A stretch of DNA of 64,000 nucleotides, from assembly GCF_027921745.1 (NCBI RefSeq), contig NC_079238.1:62001-126000 (forward strand), written 5' to 3'. This document shows positions 1-11,580 of this stretch, piece after piece. The stretch's first letter is position 1. Every line of letters starts with the position of its first letter. The notes below the pieces were generated by a model. The model saw only the letters and a program-made list of their open reading frames with translations. It was not told the DNA's origin and did no database searches. Source of the stretch: Schizosaccharomyces osmophilus (lineage: Eukaryota). Position numbers and translations under genes: made by a program.

Positions 1-677
1 TTCTCTTTTCTTCTATGTTGACCATGTTTTTTTATAAGCTCATTCTTTCTACTTTGTAAGGCTGATCTCGTAAGATATATACATTTTGAATCATAAATAC
101 ATTTTTAACTTTCTACCTTTGTTTTCTGATAGGAAAATGTTGTTGGATATACAGCAAGTCGTCATGTCATTCATAGTTATCGAAAAGTATGGTCATTTAT
201 GGCATTGCTAAAGTAGTTTTCTGATTTCTTTCTTTTTTTTTTTCCGTCCGTTGAATGTACTACTAGATGCATTGTTTCAAATGAAGCCGCTACAATTTGG
301 GCATCCATGATGATACTTTTACAGTGAATGTTTAGCAACGAACACACTTCATCTAGTTCTCTTAACAAAGAAACGACACATAAGATTTACAGCCCAACCC
401 AAGTATACCCTTTAATTATATCTACTGTGCTGTATAGCATTTTGCTACATATTTACTTGCACGACCTAAGAAACCGACCAATTTGGATGCTGTATTGCAG
501 CTAAATAATGACATAATTGATACAGTTTTGCTTACTAAACATAACGAGATATCCAGCCACTATTTTAAATCGTTTTCTTTCCGACTTGATAAGCACAACC
601 TCCCTTCGTAGTGCATACTTATAAAAGTCGTTTACTGCAGACTTACCTACTACCAAACAGTTGCGCTCTCTTTCAAT

Positions 678-1718
678 ATGGCCACTAACCAAGAGACAGT
701 TCACTTTGATCCCAAAAACATGCAGTTTCGCTTTCTTGGTCCTTCTGGATTGCGAGTTTCTGCCTTCTCTTTAGGAGGTTGGTTGACCTATGGTAACACC
801 GGATACGATATTGAACATACCAAAAAGTGCCTCAAGCAAGCATGGGATTTGGGAATTAACACGTTTGACACTGCCGAGGTTTACAGTCAAGGAAACTCGG
901 AACTTGTTATGGGGAAAGCTATCAAGGATTTGGAATGGAAGCGTTCTGAATATGTTTTGATCACCAAAGTGTTCTTTGGTGCCGGTCCTAAGCTCCCCAA
1001 TACTACGGGCTTGTCAAGAAAACATATCCTTGAAGGTGTTAACAATTCTCTAAAGAGACTCGACACGGAGTATGTGGATGTGATCATGGCCCATCGTTAT
1101 GACCCTTCCGTACCTATGGAAGAGATCGTTCGTGCCTTTACACATCTTATTCATGAAGGCAAAGCATTTTATTGGGGCACCTCTGAATGGAGTGCTTTCG
1201 AAATCGAGCATGCTCACCACATTGCTACGAAGTACAACTTGATTGCCCCCATTGCTGACCAACCCCAGTACAACTATGTGACGCGTGACCATCTTGAAAA
1301 GGACTTGCTGCCTCTCCAACAAATCTATGGTTACGGCTCTACCGTTTGGAGTCCTTTGAAATTCGGTATTTTGACCGGAAAGTACAACGATGGAATCCCG
1401 GAAGATTCTCGTTTGAATACAACATATTCACAGTACGCAGATCACCTTAAATCACCTGAAGGAAAAAAGACCCTTCAACAAGTTCGTCAAGTGAGTCAAA
1501 TTGCCGAGAAATTAGGTGCGTCACCCGCTCAACTTGCCCTTGCTTGGACGTTGAAGAACCCCCATGTGTCTACAACAATTTTGGGTGCTAGTAAGCCCGA
1601 GCAGATTGTGGAGAATGCCAAGGCCTTGGATTTTGTCGATAAGTTGACTCCCGAAATCCTAAAGGAAATGGATGATATTTTAGAGTTTAAACCTTTGGAT
1701 GTCCAATACCGCCATTAG
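678..1718 (+). CDS. Aldo-keto reductase, K+ channel beta-subunit-like subfamily
   Basis: 346 aa; LGPSGLRVSAFSLGGW, GINTFDTAEVY, SRKHILEG, WGTSEW, WSPL..G.LTGKY AKR motifs. Confidence 0.92.
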   Translation: MATNQETVHFDPKNMQFRFLGPSGLRVSAFSLGGWLTYGNTGYDIEHTKKCLKQAWDLGINTFDTAEVYSQGNSELVMGKAIKDLEWKRSEYVLITKVFFGAGPKLPNTTGLSRKHILEGVNNSLKRLDTEYVDVIMAHRYDPSVPMEEIVRAFTHLIHEGKAFYWGTSEWSAFEIEHAHHIATKYNLIAPIADQPQYNYVTRDHLEKDLLPLQQIYGYGSTVWSPLKFGILTGKYNDGIPEDSRLNTTYSQYADHLKSPEGKKTLQQVRQVSQIAEKLGASPAQLALAWTLKNPHVSTTILGASKPEQIVENAKALDFVDKLTPEILKEMDDILEFKPLDVQYRH

Positions 1719-2697
1719 GTTTGTTCATTATGGCTAAGATGAGATTGGTAATGCCCTTACATTTGATTAGTTTTAAATATAAGATTTTGAAGATTCTTTT
1801 CTAATAAAGCGGGCGATGCCCCCTATTAGGCGTAATCCAAAGGTTTCCTTTGTTTTCGAAAGGTTTAGAATTTTGCGATATATGTAATGTTTTCCAATCA
1901 CCAAGAAAGAAGTCCTTACCTATGTCAACAACAACTAGTAGATAATATTCTCACTCTTTTCATATACTTGCTATCGTGATTTTCAAATGAAATCTTCTTT
2001 TTGGAAATTGGAAAGCGAGAACAACTACAAGTCATATACACATCATCACTTCGTTTTCCTTGTGCTGCAAATCGTACCTCCAAAACAAGCAAGTATGAAC
2101 TCTCATAAAACGATCAGTTTGCCTTTTCTTACTCTCAAGTTATATCTATGCGAACTTCAGCACAATATCTGTAGATTATCAAAACTCCTGATATAAAACC
2201 AAGACTTTAATCTGATTTGATAAATCTCCACATTTGTTTATTAGAAACGAGGTTCGTTTAATTCAATTTTTACTTACAATCCTTTGCTAAAACTATCCTT
2301 TTCTTTAAGTACTTCTGGTTTCTTCAAGTGTATCTTCACAAATGAAACGGAACCAAGAGCCCTGTGAAAATGAGAAAGTAAATAAAATGCTGTCTAGTGA
2401 TCAAAGATAAATCCAAGAGCAAATCTAAATTTTTATTCTTTTTTAAATTGTCCTTAAACTGTTTATTAAAACCAGACAAGCTTTATTGTTTAGTGTTATG
2501 ATTTGTGAAACTGTAGATCACGTTTAGCGAATTCGAGATAAAATACTTTGAGTAGTCAGAAATCCGTTAAGTCAGTGAGGAACAATCGCAGCACTTTCTG
2601 AAACTTATCCTCCGTTCTAATCAAATGTTTTAATGATTAAATAATTACAAATAAAAAAAAAAAGCACATTACTCTACGGTTATTCCGAAAACCTATG

Positions 2698-2740
2698 ATC
2701 AGATAAATGATAGACCATGGTTGATAAAATTTTATCAGAT
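2698..2740. promoter_or_regulatory. Fep1-type iron-responsive GATA elements upstream of str3
   Basis: ATCAGATAA 2698-2706, TGATAA 2722-2727, TTATCAGAT 2732-2740 (reverse complement ATCTGATAA); matches the ATC(A/T)GATA(A/T) Fep1 consensus. Confidence 0.8.
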
Positions 2741-2778
2741 CATTATATTTAAGACAGTTATTGCCAGTTTGTTTTGCA

Positions 2779-4692
2779 ATGAATAAAATACATTCAGAAG
2801 AAGCTATTAAGATGGAGAGTTCTATCAAAAATGAAAAAGAACAGGAGACAGTGATTGAGAAATCTTCGGATGGGTTTGCAACTTTTTATGGTGAAGGTCC
2901 TAAAGATGGCAAGGAAACTTATTTTGAAAATCGTGGTGTAACCAAAATTGAAGAATCTAGACTATTTATAAATCGTAATAGAAAAGGAAAGTTTCTGGCT
3001 TATGCTTTTGGCTTCTCAATCTTGGTATGCGCGTGGGCTTATGCGATTCAGGAATCGACTACGTACAGCTATCAGGTATATGCAACTTCCTCTTTTAATC
3101 GACAGTCTTTATTGTCTACTCTTGAGATTGCAACATCCATTATTTCTGCAGTCTGCAGACCAATTTTGGCCAAAATTTCTGATGTTACGTCTCGACCCGT
3201 GACCTATGCTATCGTTTTGATTCTATATGTGATAGGATTTAGTGTTGTTGCTGCCAGCTCAACGATCTCTGCTTATGTTATTGGTGCTGTGTTCATTGCC
3301 GTAGGTGGTTCAGGATTGGACTTCTTAAACAGTGTAATCATTGGCGATTTAACCCCTCTGAAATGGAGAGGATTTGCAAATGGAATTTTATCTACTCCCT
3401 TCATCTTTACTGTATGGTTTTCCGGACTCATTGTTCAAGGTATTTTGGACCGTAATTGGAGATGGGGCTACGGGATGTTTGCTATCATTATGCCATTTGT
3501 CCTTGTTCCAGGAATTATTATTCTTATTTACCTAGAAAAATCTGCCGACTCCCAACGCTCTGCTGAGCCTGGTTCGGTGGAGCCCAACTCTGGAAAAGAT
3601 GAACGTTTTGTTTACTCAAAGTCTGAGTCAAAATCAGCCAACGAAGGTCAGTCTCCTGAATATTCAAAGCAATCTTCAAAACTTAGAGATATTTACCAGG
3701 CAACTCTTGAAGTAGACGCCTTCGGTTTGATTCTTCTTGGTTTTGGTTGGTCTTTATTACTTCTACCATTTTCATTAACTAGCTATGCAGAACATGGGTG
3801 GAGAAATCCAAGTATGATTGCAATGATGGTCGTTGGTGGAATCAACTTACTTCTTTATGGCTTATACGAGATGTTTTTGGCTCCTTATCCCTCGTGCCCT
3901 CGTCGCATTATGTTCAATAAAACATTCATGATGGCAATTATTATCGATTTCTTTTACTACTTTGCTGGCTACATCCAATCCTTATACCAAACATCTTACA
4001 CGTGGATAATCAAAGATTGGTCATATAGAAACTGGTCTTACTTTTCCAACATAACTACAGTTGCATTATGCTTTTTCGGTTTAATTGCTGGCTTCATTCA
4101 AAGAATAACACACCGTTATAAGTATTTACAGGTAATCGGGCTAGCTATCAAAATTGTCGGCTATGGAATTCTATTAAAACCTGGGGTTGGAACCACCAAT
4201 ACCGTGAGCTTGGCGTTCTCAGAAACATTAATTGGTATGGGCGGGTCTTTCAGTGTTGTTGGATCTAGTGTTGCTGCACAAGCTTGTGTTCCCCATCAAG
4301 ACCTAGCTACCGTCACTTCCATGCTTTCTTTATGGACAAAAATTGGTGGTGCGATTGGATCTGCTATTGCTGCCCCTATTTACTCCAGCAAGGTGAAAAA
4401 ATATTTATATGAATACATGCCTTCCAACGTTACTCAGGCTAATATCACATCGTTTTACAGCGACACGAATCTCATACGCAACTATCCCATGCAGACTAAT
4501 ATTCGTCAAGCTGCTGTGAAAGCTTACTCTAAGTCTATGTTTTACTTATATGCTCCGAGCTTAGGATTGTCATTTATTCCTTTCATCGCAGCGTTTTTTC
4601 AAACCAATTACTTCCTTGGTGACCAGCAAAATGCTTATGATCAAGAAAAGCCGAGAAAAAAGGACCAGACGGATGAGCAGACGCAGATTTAA
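2779..4692 (+). CDS. str3: Siderophore-iron/heme MFS transporter, Str3-like (first ATG 2779; alternative ATG 2812)
   Basis: RGVTKIE, STTYSYQVYATSSFNR, GDLTPLKWRG, NWRWGYGMFAII, APYPSCPRR, VPHQDLA closely match recalled S. pombe Str3; the track start at 2761 is TTG. Confidence 0.9.
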   Translation: MNKIHSEEAIKMESSIKNEKEQETVIEKSSDGFATFYGEGPKDGKETYFENRGVTKIEESRLFINRNRKGKFLAYAFGFSILVCAWAYAIQESTTYSYQVYATSSFNRQSLLSTLEIATSIISAVCRPILAKISDVTSRPVTYAIVLILYVIGFSVVAASSTISAYVIGAVFIAVGGSGLDFLNSVIIGDLTPLKWRGFANGILSTPFIFTVWFSGLIVQGILDRNWRWGYGMFAIIMPFVLVPGIIILIYLEKSADSQRSAEPGSVEPNSGKDERFVYSKSESKSANEGQSPEYSKQSSKLRDIYQATLEVDAFGLILLGFGWSLLLLPFSLTSYAEHGWRNPSMIAMMVVGGINLLLYGLYEMFLAPYPSCPRRIMFNKTFMMAIIIDFFYYFAGYIQSLYQTSYTWIIKDWSYRNWSYFSNITTVALCFFGLIAGFIQRITHRYKYLQVIGLAIKIVGYGILLKPGVGTTNTVSLAFSETLIGMGGSFSVVGSSVAAQACVPHQDLATVTSMLSLWTKIGGAIGSAIAAPIYSSKVKKYLYEYMPSNVTQANITSFYSDTNLIRNYPMQTNIRQAAVKAYSKSMFYLYAPSLGLSFIPFIAAFFQTNYFLGDQQNAYDQEKPRKKDQTDEQTQI

Positions 4693-4956
4693 TTGTTGTT
4701 TACAAAGGGGTGAAGTTTATATAGTCCTAACAAATTCAATTTAATCTAGATACTTAAACTACCATAATGTGACTTAATAAATTATTTTGTAACGGAAATC
4801 ACATATCTCAAATCTATATCGAGACTAGAAAATACAAGGATCTTAATTTATTAGGTTTCAGACAACTCCTGTTCATTTTTATTTTAAATTTCGAGCGTCA
4901 ACTGACGAAACATCATGGTGTTTTGTTTATTAGACATTGATCAGGTAACGCTTTGA

Positions 4957-5038
4957 ATCAGATAAAATTTCTAAGTAGCATGCGTTATCTGATGGCTTAT
5001 CTGATCGGACCAACAATACGAATAGTCAAGTATATAAA
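4957..5038 (+). promoter_or_regulatory. Three Fep1-type GATA elements plus TATA box upstream of frp1
   Basis: ATCAGATAA 4957-4965; TTATCTGAT 4985-4993 and 4997-5005; TATATAAA 5031-5038. Confidence 0.85.
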
Positions 5039-5184
5039 CATCACAAGCTGTCCTTTTCATTACAGAGTAAATTCCAAAAATATATAAGCATCAACTTACC
5101 ATCGTGACATACAAATTTCTTGATAAATATATACCGAAAGCATCTTTCCTTGTATATTTACATTGAATTCTATGAAGATCTAAG

Positions 5185-6870
5185 ATGAGTATTACCATTC
5201 ATGATAAATGGGCGATCGCAGCCATCATTGTAATCCTTTCAGTTTACTCTATATTCATATTTTTCTTTTCAGTTGAATATTTGAGAGCGTATCGGAAGTC
5301 TAAATATTATCAAAAAACCTCAAACCGTGGAAACACTAACAATGTTTGCGACAATATATATCTATCGATCCGAAGTGTTTACGGCTACCTAGTTACCCAC
5401 AAGTTGTTTTTAAACTTTCTTTTATATGTGATTTTTATTTTGGCTTCTATTCCTTTTGTTGGGTTACAAACAAGAAACGTGATATGTCCAAAAGACTGGA
5501 ATTTAGTCGGCATAGCCGCTCGACTGGGATTTCTGGCATCAGGTTTATTTTTCATATCATTCTTTTTCAGCTTAAAGAATAATCCTTTTACCTTAATGCT
5601 TTTTTCCTCTCATGAAAAGATGAATTATCTGCATCGACAATTGTCTATTATCGCTCTCTTTATCGGCATAATCCATGGTTTTTGTTTTGTATTATGGTCA
5701 GCTCAAAACCACAAGTCTTTACTTACAGATAGGATTACTTTATACGGATATGCGATTGGGTGCTTAATTATCACTATCTTTGTTAGCAGTCTTCCTTATT
5801 ATAGAAAGCGATATTATGAGGTTTTTTTTGCTATCCATCATTTATGCAGCGCGGGCTTCTTAATTTTGATTTGGAAACATCACCCAACGTCAATCAAATA
5901 CATGAAAATCTGTATGTTTATGTACCTGTTTGACCGATGCTGTCGAATTTTTCGTAGCATATTGAATCGGTGTCAATTTCATTGTTCTATACTAGATGAT
6001 GATTTAATCTACATGAAAGCGCGAAAACCAAAACACTCTTTTTTCTCCTTACCTTGGGCCGCTGGAAATCATATATATGTCAACATCCCTTTTTTAAGTT
6101 ACTGGCAAGTACATCCTTTTACCATGCTCAATGTCCCTACAGATGATTGTATCGAGCTTATTGTGGTTGTTCGTTCAGGTTTTACTAAACGCTTGGATGA
6201 TTATCTTCGATCGAACAACCCTGTTGGACACGAACCTCGCCAGGATCGTTTGCTTCTACCGATCAACAAATTCCAAAACTATTCTACAATAATCGAGCAA
6301 GCAAATGAAACCAGTACGGAACTCACTGTTCCGTCACCGATAAACAATTTCCTTATGTGTTTTAATGTTTTGGTCGACGGGCCTTATGGACCGATTAGCA
6401 ATCCTTGTACAATATATTCTTATGTTCTGCTAATATCTGGAGGCGTTGGTGTATCATATACTATGCCAATCTTAAGAGACTTACTGATTCGAAAATCAAA
6501 AGTGATATCGATTGAATTTGTTTGGACTTGTCGTTCGCCTAAATTATTGAAACTCCTATATAAGATATTTGAATACTCTTTGCATCAAAGCCATATCAAA
6601 TTGAAAATAATCTGTCACTTAACATCTAGCATTCCTTATCATGAGGTTTTAGCATTACCCTCGAAACAAATTGGTCACTCCAGGATCGAAATTGTTGACG
6701 GAAGACCCGATTTTAACTGGACCATTAAGAGGTTTGCAGAAGAAGCAAAAGATCAGACATCTTCCTTGGCTGCATGCGGGTCAAATACCTTATTAAGAAC
6801 ATTAAAAAATTGTGTCACTGCCAACACATCCTCGACAAGTGATTTATTTCAGCATTATGAAGAGTTATAG
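5185..6870 (+). CDS. frp1: Ferric-chelate reductase transmembrane component
   Basis: 561 aa; SSHEKMNYLHR and heme-ligand histidines, HPFT (FAD), VDGPYG and SGGVGVS (NADPH), C-terminal QHYEEL. Confidence 0.9.
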   Translation: MSITIHDKWAIAAIIVILSVYSIFIFFFSVEYLRAYRKSKYYQKTSNRGNTNNVCDNIYLSIRSVYGYLVTHKLFLNFLLYVIFILASIPFVGLQTRNVICPKDWNLVGIAARLGFLASGLFFISFFFSLKNNPFTLMLFSSHEKMNYLHRQLSIIALFIGIIHGFCFVLWSAQNHKSLLTDRITLYGYAIGCLIITIFVSSLPYYRKRYYEVFFAIHHLCSAGFLILIWKHHPTSIKYMKICMFMYLFDRCCRIFRSILNRCQFHCSILDDDLIYMKARKPKHSFFSLPWAAGNHIYVNIPFLSYWQVHPFTMLNVPTDDCIELIVVVRSGFTKRLDDYLRSNNPVGHEPRQDRLLLPINKFQNYSTIIEQANETSTELTVPSPINNFLMCFNVLVDGPYGPISNPCTIYSYVLLISGGVGVSYTMPILRDLLIRKSKVISIEFVWTCRSPKLLKLLYKIFEYSLHQSHIKLKIICHLTSSIPYHEVLALPSKQIGHSRIEIVDGRPDFNWTIKRFAEEAKDQTSSLAACGSNTLLRTLKNCVTANTSSTSDLFQHYEEL

Positions 6871-7338
6871 CTTGTTCACGGGAAGCAGTTTTAATGTATT
6901 TATTTTTAACGAAAATTGTATTTTTCTGGTTTTTACTTACTTTATGACGAGATATTCTCCACATCAAGATCATGCTATACGATACATGCATTTTAATATT
7001 TTATTAATAGAAAAATTTACGATAATTACAATGAATTTCGGGCCATACATACATTCAATCTCAAAGTCAATAGGAGTCAAGCATTAAATTCATTGATTGA
7101 ATATAACGTACCATATAAAATAAGAAAATTTCTACCTAAAGTGCTAGTCTAATGCATTTAGCGCAAGTTGTCATAGAAATAAGCATCTAAGTTATGAACA
7201 ATTTCGACAGGTTAATTATTTTAGTCAACGCCATTATTAAATATGACATTAAAAACAAGTATATAGAAGAGAGAATAAAAGTGATTATCAGATTTAATTA
7301 AATGGGTCATGTCGATGATATGATAGTTCCAAGGAAAC

Positions 7339-8790
7339 TTAGTATCTGGCTAAATCAAAAGTTTTCAATTTGCGAATTTTCTCTCCGTGAAGGAATAAAA
7401 GTGGAATACTTACGCTACAAGCTAAAAAAATGAAAGCAAGTAGCGTACAGCCCCATCCATATCCAAGACGAAGGAATAAAGATTCTGCGAACAATGGGAA
7501 TGTGCCGCCAAATGCGAGCTGTAAAACTTTCACTGCTGCTGATGCGCTAGCAGAGTAAATACCATAAGTATCCACGATATACATGTTTAAGGGATTTGAA
7601 GTCATAACAGATCCAGCGCCAAGGAGCGTTGAGCCTATCAAAGGTACAAACCAAAATACTTTGTAATTTGCAGTCCAGCCAAAAATCAATATACCAATTT
7701 CAAAAAGAAGGCATCCAAGAATGCCCATTGGTAATCGGAATTCGGGTTCACTTTCACCGCCATGCTGTTTTAGTAAGTAAATATAAAACTTTTGGTTTAT
7801 TGGTAAGGCTATAAATACAGCGATTAAAAGGCCCACAGATATAGAAACATACATTAGTCCACTGATACCCACGTTGAAGTTGTATAATCTTTCCCATGCT
7901 TGAGAAAAAGCCATGAAGACCAGTTGTAAAATCCCGAAAACGGTGCCTACCGTGAATGCAACACAGATTAGGATTGGTTGTGTTACAAGCATATGAAGCG
8001 GCTTCCTCATGCTTAATAATACAACCCATTTTTTCAAGAGTTCAGTACCAGTAAGGCGTTTCGCAACTATTTCATTCTCTCCAAGTTTACCAGTCCGTTC
8101 GAGCTTTTTACGATTGAGTATAGGTGGAAAGGTCTCTTTCAAAAAAAGGAAAGCGGACAGCACTACAACAGCTGAAAGCATCAACAAAATCCAAAATTCC
8201 CAGCGCCAACCAATTGAGCTTTGGGTAATAAATCCAGAAATAATTGGTGCAACGCCCGGTCCTAATGAAAGGAGCGTAAAGTAAATAATCATATATTTAC
8301 CCCGATCTTTCTTTTCGAAAAGATCTGCAAGGGATCCTGATCCGTTGGAAATACCCACCGAACCAAACATACCAGAAAAAAATCGAAAAATTAAAAACAT
8401 TTCTATGTTAACCGACAATGCAATAGGAATTTGCATTAATGCGAACAAGGAATATCCTAATAAGTAAATCGGTCTTCTTCCAAATTGTTCACTAAATGGT
8501 GCAAAAATCAATGTTCCAAATAAGATGCCGATAGAATAAAGGGTTGAACCAAGCGTAACAACCGTAGTTGAAGAAAGAAATTGTTCTGCAATTCTGGGGA
8601 TACTGGGTGCGAAAATACTTGATCCAAATTGGTTCAGAAAAGTCATTGTTGAAATAACAATCACGTTCCTAACCTTGATTTTTAACGGCCATTCTTTTGG
8701 GTTGTATGGATCCCACGATTGTAAATCCGCAATAGCGTCTCTATGGTAATCGGACACGTCTGAGTGAAAGGACAAGAATTTTTTTACCAT
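7339..8790 (-). CDS. MFS drug:H+ antiporter (DHA1 family)
   Basis: DPYNPKEWP, APFSEQFGRRP, GWRWEFW, KETFPP, PEFRLP; first ATG at 8790 (track start 8838 is non-ATG). Confidence 0.88.
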   Translation of the reverse strand: MVKKFLSFHSDVSDYHRDAIADLQSWDPYNPKEWPLKIKVRNVIVISTMTFLNQFGSSIFAPSIPRIAEQFLSSTTVVTLGSTLYSIGILFGTLIFAPFSEQFGRRPIYLLGYSLFALMQIPIALSVNIEMFLIFRFFSGMFGSVGISNGSGSLADLFEKKDRGKYMIIYFTLLSLGPGVAPIISGFITQSSIGWRWEFWILLMLSAVVVLSAFLFLKETFPPILNRKKLERTGKLGENEIVAKRLTGTELLKKWVVLLSMRKPLHMLVTQPILICVAFTVGTVFGILQLVFMAFSQAWERLYNFNVGISGLMYVSISVGLLIAVFIALPINQKFYIYLLKQHGGESEPEFRLPMGILGCLLFEIGILIFGWTANYKVFWFVPLIGSTLLGAGSVMTSNPLNMYIVDTYGIYSASASAAVKVLQLAFGGTFPLFAESLFLRLGYGWGCTLLAFIFLACSVSIPLLFLHGEKIRKLKTFDLARY

Positions 8791-9001
8791 GACAGTATAA
8801 AGTAATGATCCGTAATCAGGTACTACTAAAAATTTCACTAACTTGACAGATGTTGGTTACCTATTGTTCATAGAAAAAATAAACGCTTGCAAGACAATCC
8901 AGGTATTTATTAGAATATATTTATACTTTTCAAAAGTAACTTCTAATGAAAGTAAAGACGCCGTCTTTTAAAGAATCGAATTTTATTACCATGATGATGC
9001 C

Positions 9002-9023
9002 TCCGCGGACCCTTCTCCGCGGA
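9002..9023. promoter_or_regulatory. Tandem PDRE-like palindromes (TCCGCGGA x2) upstream of the DHA1 transporter
   Basis: TCCGCGGA at 9002-9009 and 9016-9023 in AT-rich DNA, about 210 bp upstream of the ATG. Confidence 0.6.
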
Positions 9024-11580
9024 TCACAGGAAACGTTTACGAGGTAATAGATATAGCTTTATGCCTTTGATTGTTAATCGTATTTAAGGGCTGGACATGT
9101 ACCTTAAGCTTTTAAGATCATCCCGCAAACATCCTGGTTATACTCGTTTCAAAGTGGAGCCTTAAAGAATGATGACCTACCAACATATGCAGTTGGAGAA
9201 ATAGAAAAAAGCACTATTTGGCTCCTCTTCTCTTAGCTTAATTTAGGTAGATAATTGGCGCACATGATATGATAGACGCTTGTTACTGTGGTTTTTATCA
9301 CTTACATTTAAAAACCAAACTCCTTGAATTCTGTAATGCAAAAAAAAAAAAAAAAAAAAAAAAAAAACAACTTGGAAAGACTGTTATATTGGAAAGAATA
9401 GAAGATAAAGGGAAGAAAGTCATGAAGCAAGCATCGTCATGCCAAAGGGTTTTGGTCGTAATTGCTCCATTGACTTTTGGTGGATTTGTTAGAAAAACGA
9501 TTCCCCGTTACTAGACCTCTGAAAATCACGAAAGTCTTTCGATAATTCCACCCCTGTACATGCAACGAAGATTTGCTGTTGTTGATACATTCAACTCGGC
9601 TCAGTATGGCTGGATGAAGTATCCGAGGGTTTCGACACAAAAGAAGCTAGCTACGTTCTGTTCATCCTTCGATAGAGTTAAAAAATGAAAAATTCGAAAA
9701 GTATAAATGTCGTTTAAAGCAGGTCGCAGCAACTGGTGAATCCTGCCTTATTTCCCATATATCGTCAAGAACATGCATCTTAAGAAAGACATACAATTAG
9801 AAACCTAAAAACCCAAAGAGGAACATCCCTAATCAGCCATATAGGATTCCATGGAAACAAATCAGTTGCACACATACTTATACCGAAGGTTACTCAACCC
9901 AGGATGAACTTGTGAATGAAAAAGATTACCACTGGTAAGGATTGATAATTGACAAATCCGTATAGCTTGGCAATTCATCAAAACGGTACGAATCTTAGAA
10001 TAAAAGACACAAGGAACAAAAAGTACAAATATGATTCACCAAAAAACACCCAATATTCCTCTTGTATGTGTCGCTTTGTACCACAAAGCCCATCGTTCAA
10101 CGTGAGAATGTTGAGGTGAACAAAGGAAGGATCACCTGCCAACATGTACTACGGAAGAAAGAAACTAGACAATACCAGAAAGGGTTTCTCGTTTGCTATA
10201 AAATTGAATGAATGTATTCAATCTTCTTGATTCCCACTCTATCATCAAGCATGGAAAGTAATCGTTTGTAGAAACAGGCATAGGATAGTACTTTTATAAA
10301 AGATAAATTTTCAATTCAAAGGTTTCATAAGCCGACATCAAAATATTTCTTTCTCCATGCTTCTATTCTTACCGTTCAACTTTTGTTATCAAAGAGAATC
10401 CCCACGACTAGCACCCTGCTAGATCAAAGGAGGGCAGTAACTCCTTCCTATGGAAACGTTCCTTTCACACAACTAGCTTTTGTGTGAGCCATAGGAGCAT
10501 ACTCTTAACATATTAGCATATGCTTTTCCAACTCATTCGATATGCTTTACACCAAGCCATAAGGAAGAAAGAACAAACTCGGCAATTGTTTCTCCACCAT
10601 TTTAGACGTTCAGCATTTCGTAATCGGGTAACTTTATTTTGGTGAAAAGACGTAGAAACAATCTGCTACTAGCAAGTGAGTGAATCTTCAAATTAGGGGA
10701 AAAGAAAAAACGAGCTTTATGAATTACCATCTCAGCAAATTGCTGCCACTTAATTTGCTGCAAAGTTCGTTCTACGAACCTATTTCCAGTCATCCACGTC
10801 AGACATGCAAAGTCCGACCTTCACTTAAGGTCGCTCCCTCCCTTGGGAAACGAGTAATCAATGTAGACCCAACAGAAACGAATATACCAAGTATTTACAG
10901 GTTTCTTTCACAGTGCTCAATAATGCAACCATCCATTTTGGGCTGTAAACTTCCTCCGGAAACTACCAAAATCAACATCTCAAGATTGCTAAATATAAGA
11001 ATTTTTGGAGTTCAATGAAGCTCTATGTTTGAGGCATTTCTTCTCCCATAAACACCAATCACAAATCTTTTGATTTAATCATGTTCACTGTTTGTTCGTC
11101 TTCTCCTCCGCTTTTTAAACTTTGCGAAAATGAAGGTGGAGATTTGGGATATACTCGATACGGGTTGGATCGTATTTTGAGTTTAGCATTATTCATTGTT
11201 TCGTACTAGAAAAAACTGGATTTTATTGGCAAAGAAAGTCCTCTTTTAATAACCTTTTTTCGCTACGGAATTCATTACGTGTATATCTAAATAACGGCTT
11301 ATGAAAAGTTTACTATTTATTAAGAGTCTTTTCCTTCTATTTATTTTCAATGATATCTGTACCATAACTAAATTCGTTCTTTCTTTTGATTTATGTTCCA
11401 CTGGTCCAAACAATCTCTTTTTGTTCTTTATCACCTCGCTTGTTGATTTTTATTGTTTACCCCATTTATATATGGAATTACACCTTCTTTATCTATTTCA
11501 TCCAAGTTTGAAAGCCCATTCATATTTTTTGACTTTTATTCTTTCATTTTTTTCCTAAGCTCCACAGCTTGAATTTCGAC

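Noticed and set aside
8791..8875. Upstream micro-exon for the DHA1 transporter (ATGAACAATAG/GTAACC)
   Set aside because: Neither nearby acceptor joins in frame and there is no good branch site
9340..9367. A28 tract (and A23 at 50407-50429) as retroposon tails
   Set aside because: No target-site duplication or adjacent processed gene; consistent with ordinary promoter poly(dA:dT)
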